64,000 nt of DNA from Eledone cirrhosa (taxonomy: Eukaryota). The DNA is taken from contig OZ024741.1 of the NCBI GenBank assembly GCA_964016885.1, positions 345,712,001 to 345,776,000 of the forward strand, given 5' to 3'. The translations under genes were made by a program, and so were the position numbers. A model generated the notes under the pieces. It was not told the origin of the DNA. It saw nothing but the letters and a program-made list of their open reading frames with translations, and did no database searches. This document shows positions 61,271 through 64,000 of this stretch, in pieces. Within the stretch, counting starts at the first letter, position 1. Each line of letters starts with the position of its first letter.

Positions 61271-61974
61271 ACAACATGGAGAAGCGGACGTCAGTCAGGG
61301 TGACAGCGCGGGTCCATGGGATCTGACACCATACCTTGATGACTATGTATGCCCTGTGGGGCAGGCCGACACACTCAATGCTGCACATTTGACACTGTAG
61401 ATTATCTTAAACACCACCGTCCATGGGTATAATCAATCTCGTATCAAACGCCCCTAAGGCACTCTATTCCAACCACAGTAACATACTACGTTATGAACTG
61501 TTCTTCCGTATCCCCCCCCCCCACACATATATATATTTTGTAATGTGTGTATTTTATCTACATATTCCAATATGTAACACTTTATGTATTTTTCCATGTA
61601 CAAACCCATGCGTATTTTCTATACATTTTTTAAATATATGGTTCAAGTATACCCTTTGCATTGTTCCTATAAGCTTCCCGTATCTAATTTTGTTTATAAG
61701 ATTTCTGTATGTGGATTATTTCACGTTAGCACCATAATGCCAACGTAGTCAACATGTGCATCGAAGCGTGTCTGCATATGCGTATATACCGCTATGTGAG
61801 ATACTGCCTGCATTCTTTGACGTATTCCCCACTCGATGTTCAGCATCATATGAAAGTTTCTACGCACTTTCTTAATAATTTTGTACAGTTTATTTTCATA
61901 TGTGTGCGTACGTATGTGTATGGGGGTGTGTCTGTGTGTGAGTGAGCATATATACGTGCGTGTGTGTGTGAGGA

Positions 61975-62007
<33 letters not shown>

Positions 62008-62051
62008 GTGTATGTATGTGTGTATGTATATGTGTGTGTGCGTGCATGTGC

Positions 62052-62085
<34 letters not shown>

Positions 62086-62106
62086 ATGTATATGTGTGTG
62101 TGTGTA

Positions 62107-62137
<31 letters not shown>

Positions 62138-62591
62138 ATGATTTGGCCTGACTGACTGCATATATGTGTATATATGTGGGTATCTTATGTGTACTAGGGT
62201 GCCAGAAATTACTGCTACAAGAGAGGTCATAAAACCTCTAATGTAGCAGTAATTTCTGGCGACGGGATTAGGGCGAGTGATAGCTCAGGTATGAATGGAA
62301 ATGGTCAGTGGGCAAATTTGAATGGCCATACACTAAGATGACGTCCAGAACTACCAACCAATCGCAGTATAGCGGAAACAGGATGAAGGCAGATGATAGA
62401 AAGTCGAAGGGCAGACCCAGCAGAAAGAGGATTTGCTTCGAAATCACTAGACGTATCTGAGGGACTTGCGAATCCAGAGTCAGGTTCAACCCACAAACAG
62501 ATCGCACCTCGAGCTGTTCGCCGGAGAAACTTTTGTAATACGTAATAAATTTGTGTTCCGATGCATCACTGTTTCTTCGTTTTCCATATAT

Positions 62592-62716
<125 letters not shown>

Positions 62717-62844
62717 GATGCAGAGTGGGTATATTATTAAAAGTGGAGGATTGACCGCGAGATCGCAGTCGCCCCTCTACTTTCACTAATATATATATAT
62801 ATTGAAAACAAAGAGAAGTTTCACATTAAGGCATTTATTGATTA

Positions 62845-63329
62845 CTAGCAGAAAAACCACCCTTCGGGTAGTTTTCTGCTAGCATGTGAAGTGTGCATAT
62901 TGATATTATACGCAAGTATATATGCATGTAAATATGATACATCAAATAAAATCGTAATTGACAATATACACAGAAATAGAACGAAGACTGCGTTACACTG
63001 TCTTCTGTAATCATTAACGTAATCCATGATACATTTAAAAAAAGACGATATTATATATAAACTGCATTAGGAGAAAATTAGCGACGGAAATATATTCGAT
63101 ACTTTTATAAGTGTTATAATATAACGACCGCTAACCGGAAGTGTTGACATTTGAAAATGTTAAAGGTCTTTAAATAAGCTATAAAATGTATTTAATCAAC
63201 AGCCACGAAATTTAGCACATAAATTATGTAATATTTATTTATTCAAAGTAATCCAACTTATTTTACAAACGGGGTACAATAATATATTCTGGACGCAATC
63301 CCGCACTCCTTTCTTTATTATAGTTAAGA
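62845..63329 (-). mobile_element. Complete non-autonomous Helitron-like element
   Basis: Minus strand reads A|TCTTAACTATAATAAAG ... CTACCCGAAGGGTGG hairpin-TTTTTCTG-CTAG|T: 5' TC, subterminal hairpin, 3' CTAG, inserted in an AT dinucleotide. Confidence 0.7.
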
Positions 63330-63482
63330 TACGTAGTTACAACCATTACAACCATGCTATAAACCCGACTTCAGCCCGATCTGCTCTTCAGACTTCTTAA
63401 TCAAACAATGCCAAAATCTCATCTCTGATGTTGGTACCCACCACAGTGAACCACAAATCTACTGAACCATCTATTATTATTA

Positions 63483-63690
63483 TGGATTGGCAGTATCGGT
63501 AGTGCGTCGAGCACCATGCTTCGTAGCATAGAGTTACGACCCTTTACTTTCTGAGTTCAACTCCCGTCAGGATTAGCTTTGACTTTCATCCTTACAGGGT
63601 CGATAAAATAAAGCACCAATAATGCACTGGGGTCGACTTTTCCCTACCCTTCAAATTGCTGCGCTGTGCCTAAATCAGACAATTATTATT
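63483..63690 (+). mobile_element. tRNA-derived SINE, family A
   Basis: GGATTGGCAGTATCGG head, core, (ATT)n tail. Confidence 0.85.
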
Positions 63691-64000
63691 ATTATACATA
63701 TTATTATTATTATTATTATTATATACGTACACATACACGTATTATATTTGAAAATCATTGCTTAAATGCCTATTTTTACAGATCACATCGTCGAAGAAAA
63801 CACATTTAAAATCTATTATTCTTATTTCTTAACATTCTAGTGTGAGTTATTGAGAGAGAAATATATACAGAAGTAATTTTTTATTTAAATGTGTTGCCAA
63901 ATAAAGTACAAAATATTGTGAGGTATATCTTAATAAAGATTATACAAGTAATATCAAACTGAGAAATAAAAACAATAATTAAGCAGCGAAAGAATATTTA

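Overview
AT-rich eukaryotic DNA with no convincing host gene, made of dense (TA)n/(CA)n/(TATG)n microsatellites and transposon debris. The repeat style suggests an invertebrate, most likely an octopus or other cephalopod (inference). Almost all listed ORFs are microsatellite translation artefacts. Real content: (i) at least six decayed Penelope-like retroelement (PLE) coding segments (RT plus C-terminal GIY-YIG) of three distinct types, two with the long inverted pseudo-LTR arrangement (16.6-20.5 kb, 23.8-26.8 kb); (ii) a 3.7 kb non-coding PLE-like fold-back (55.0-58.7 kb); (iii) RTE-type LINE fragments; (iv) about 15 tRNA-derived SINE copies; (v) one complete non-autonomous Helitron and a small MITE. 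The main hidden signal is about 20 type I hammerhead ribozyme motifs, read by eye on both strands, in PLE 3' ends and in small asymmetric fold-back elements inserted in (TA)n arrays. Several families use a compensatory U3-A8 core. Several fold-backs turn around inside ribozyme stem II. Otherwise dissimilar tails share a TTGAGTNCY motif about 35-80 nt from the microsatellite junction. Nothing was computed or searched; clade names and mechanisms are inference.
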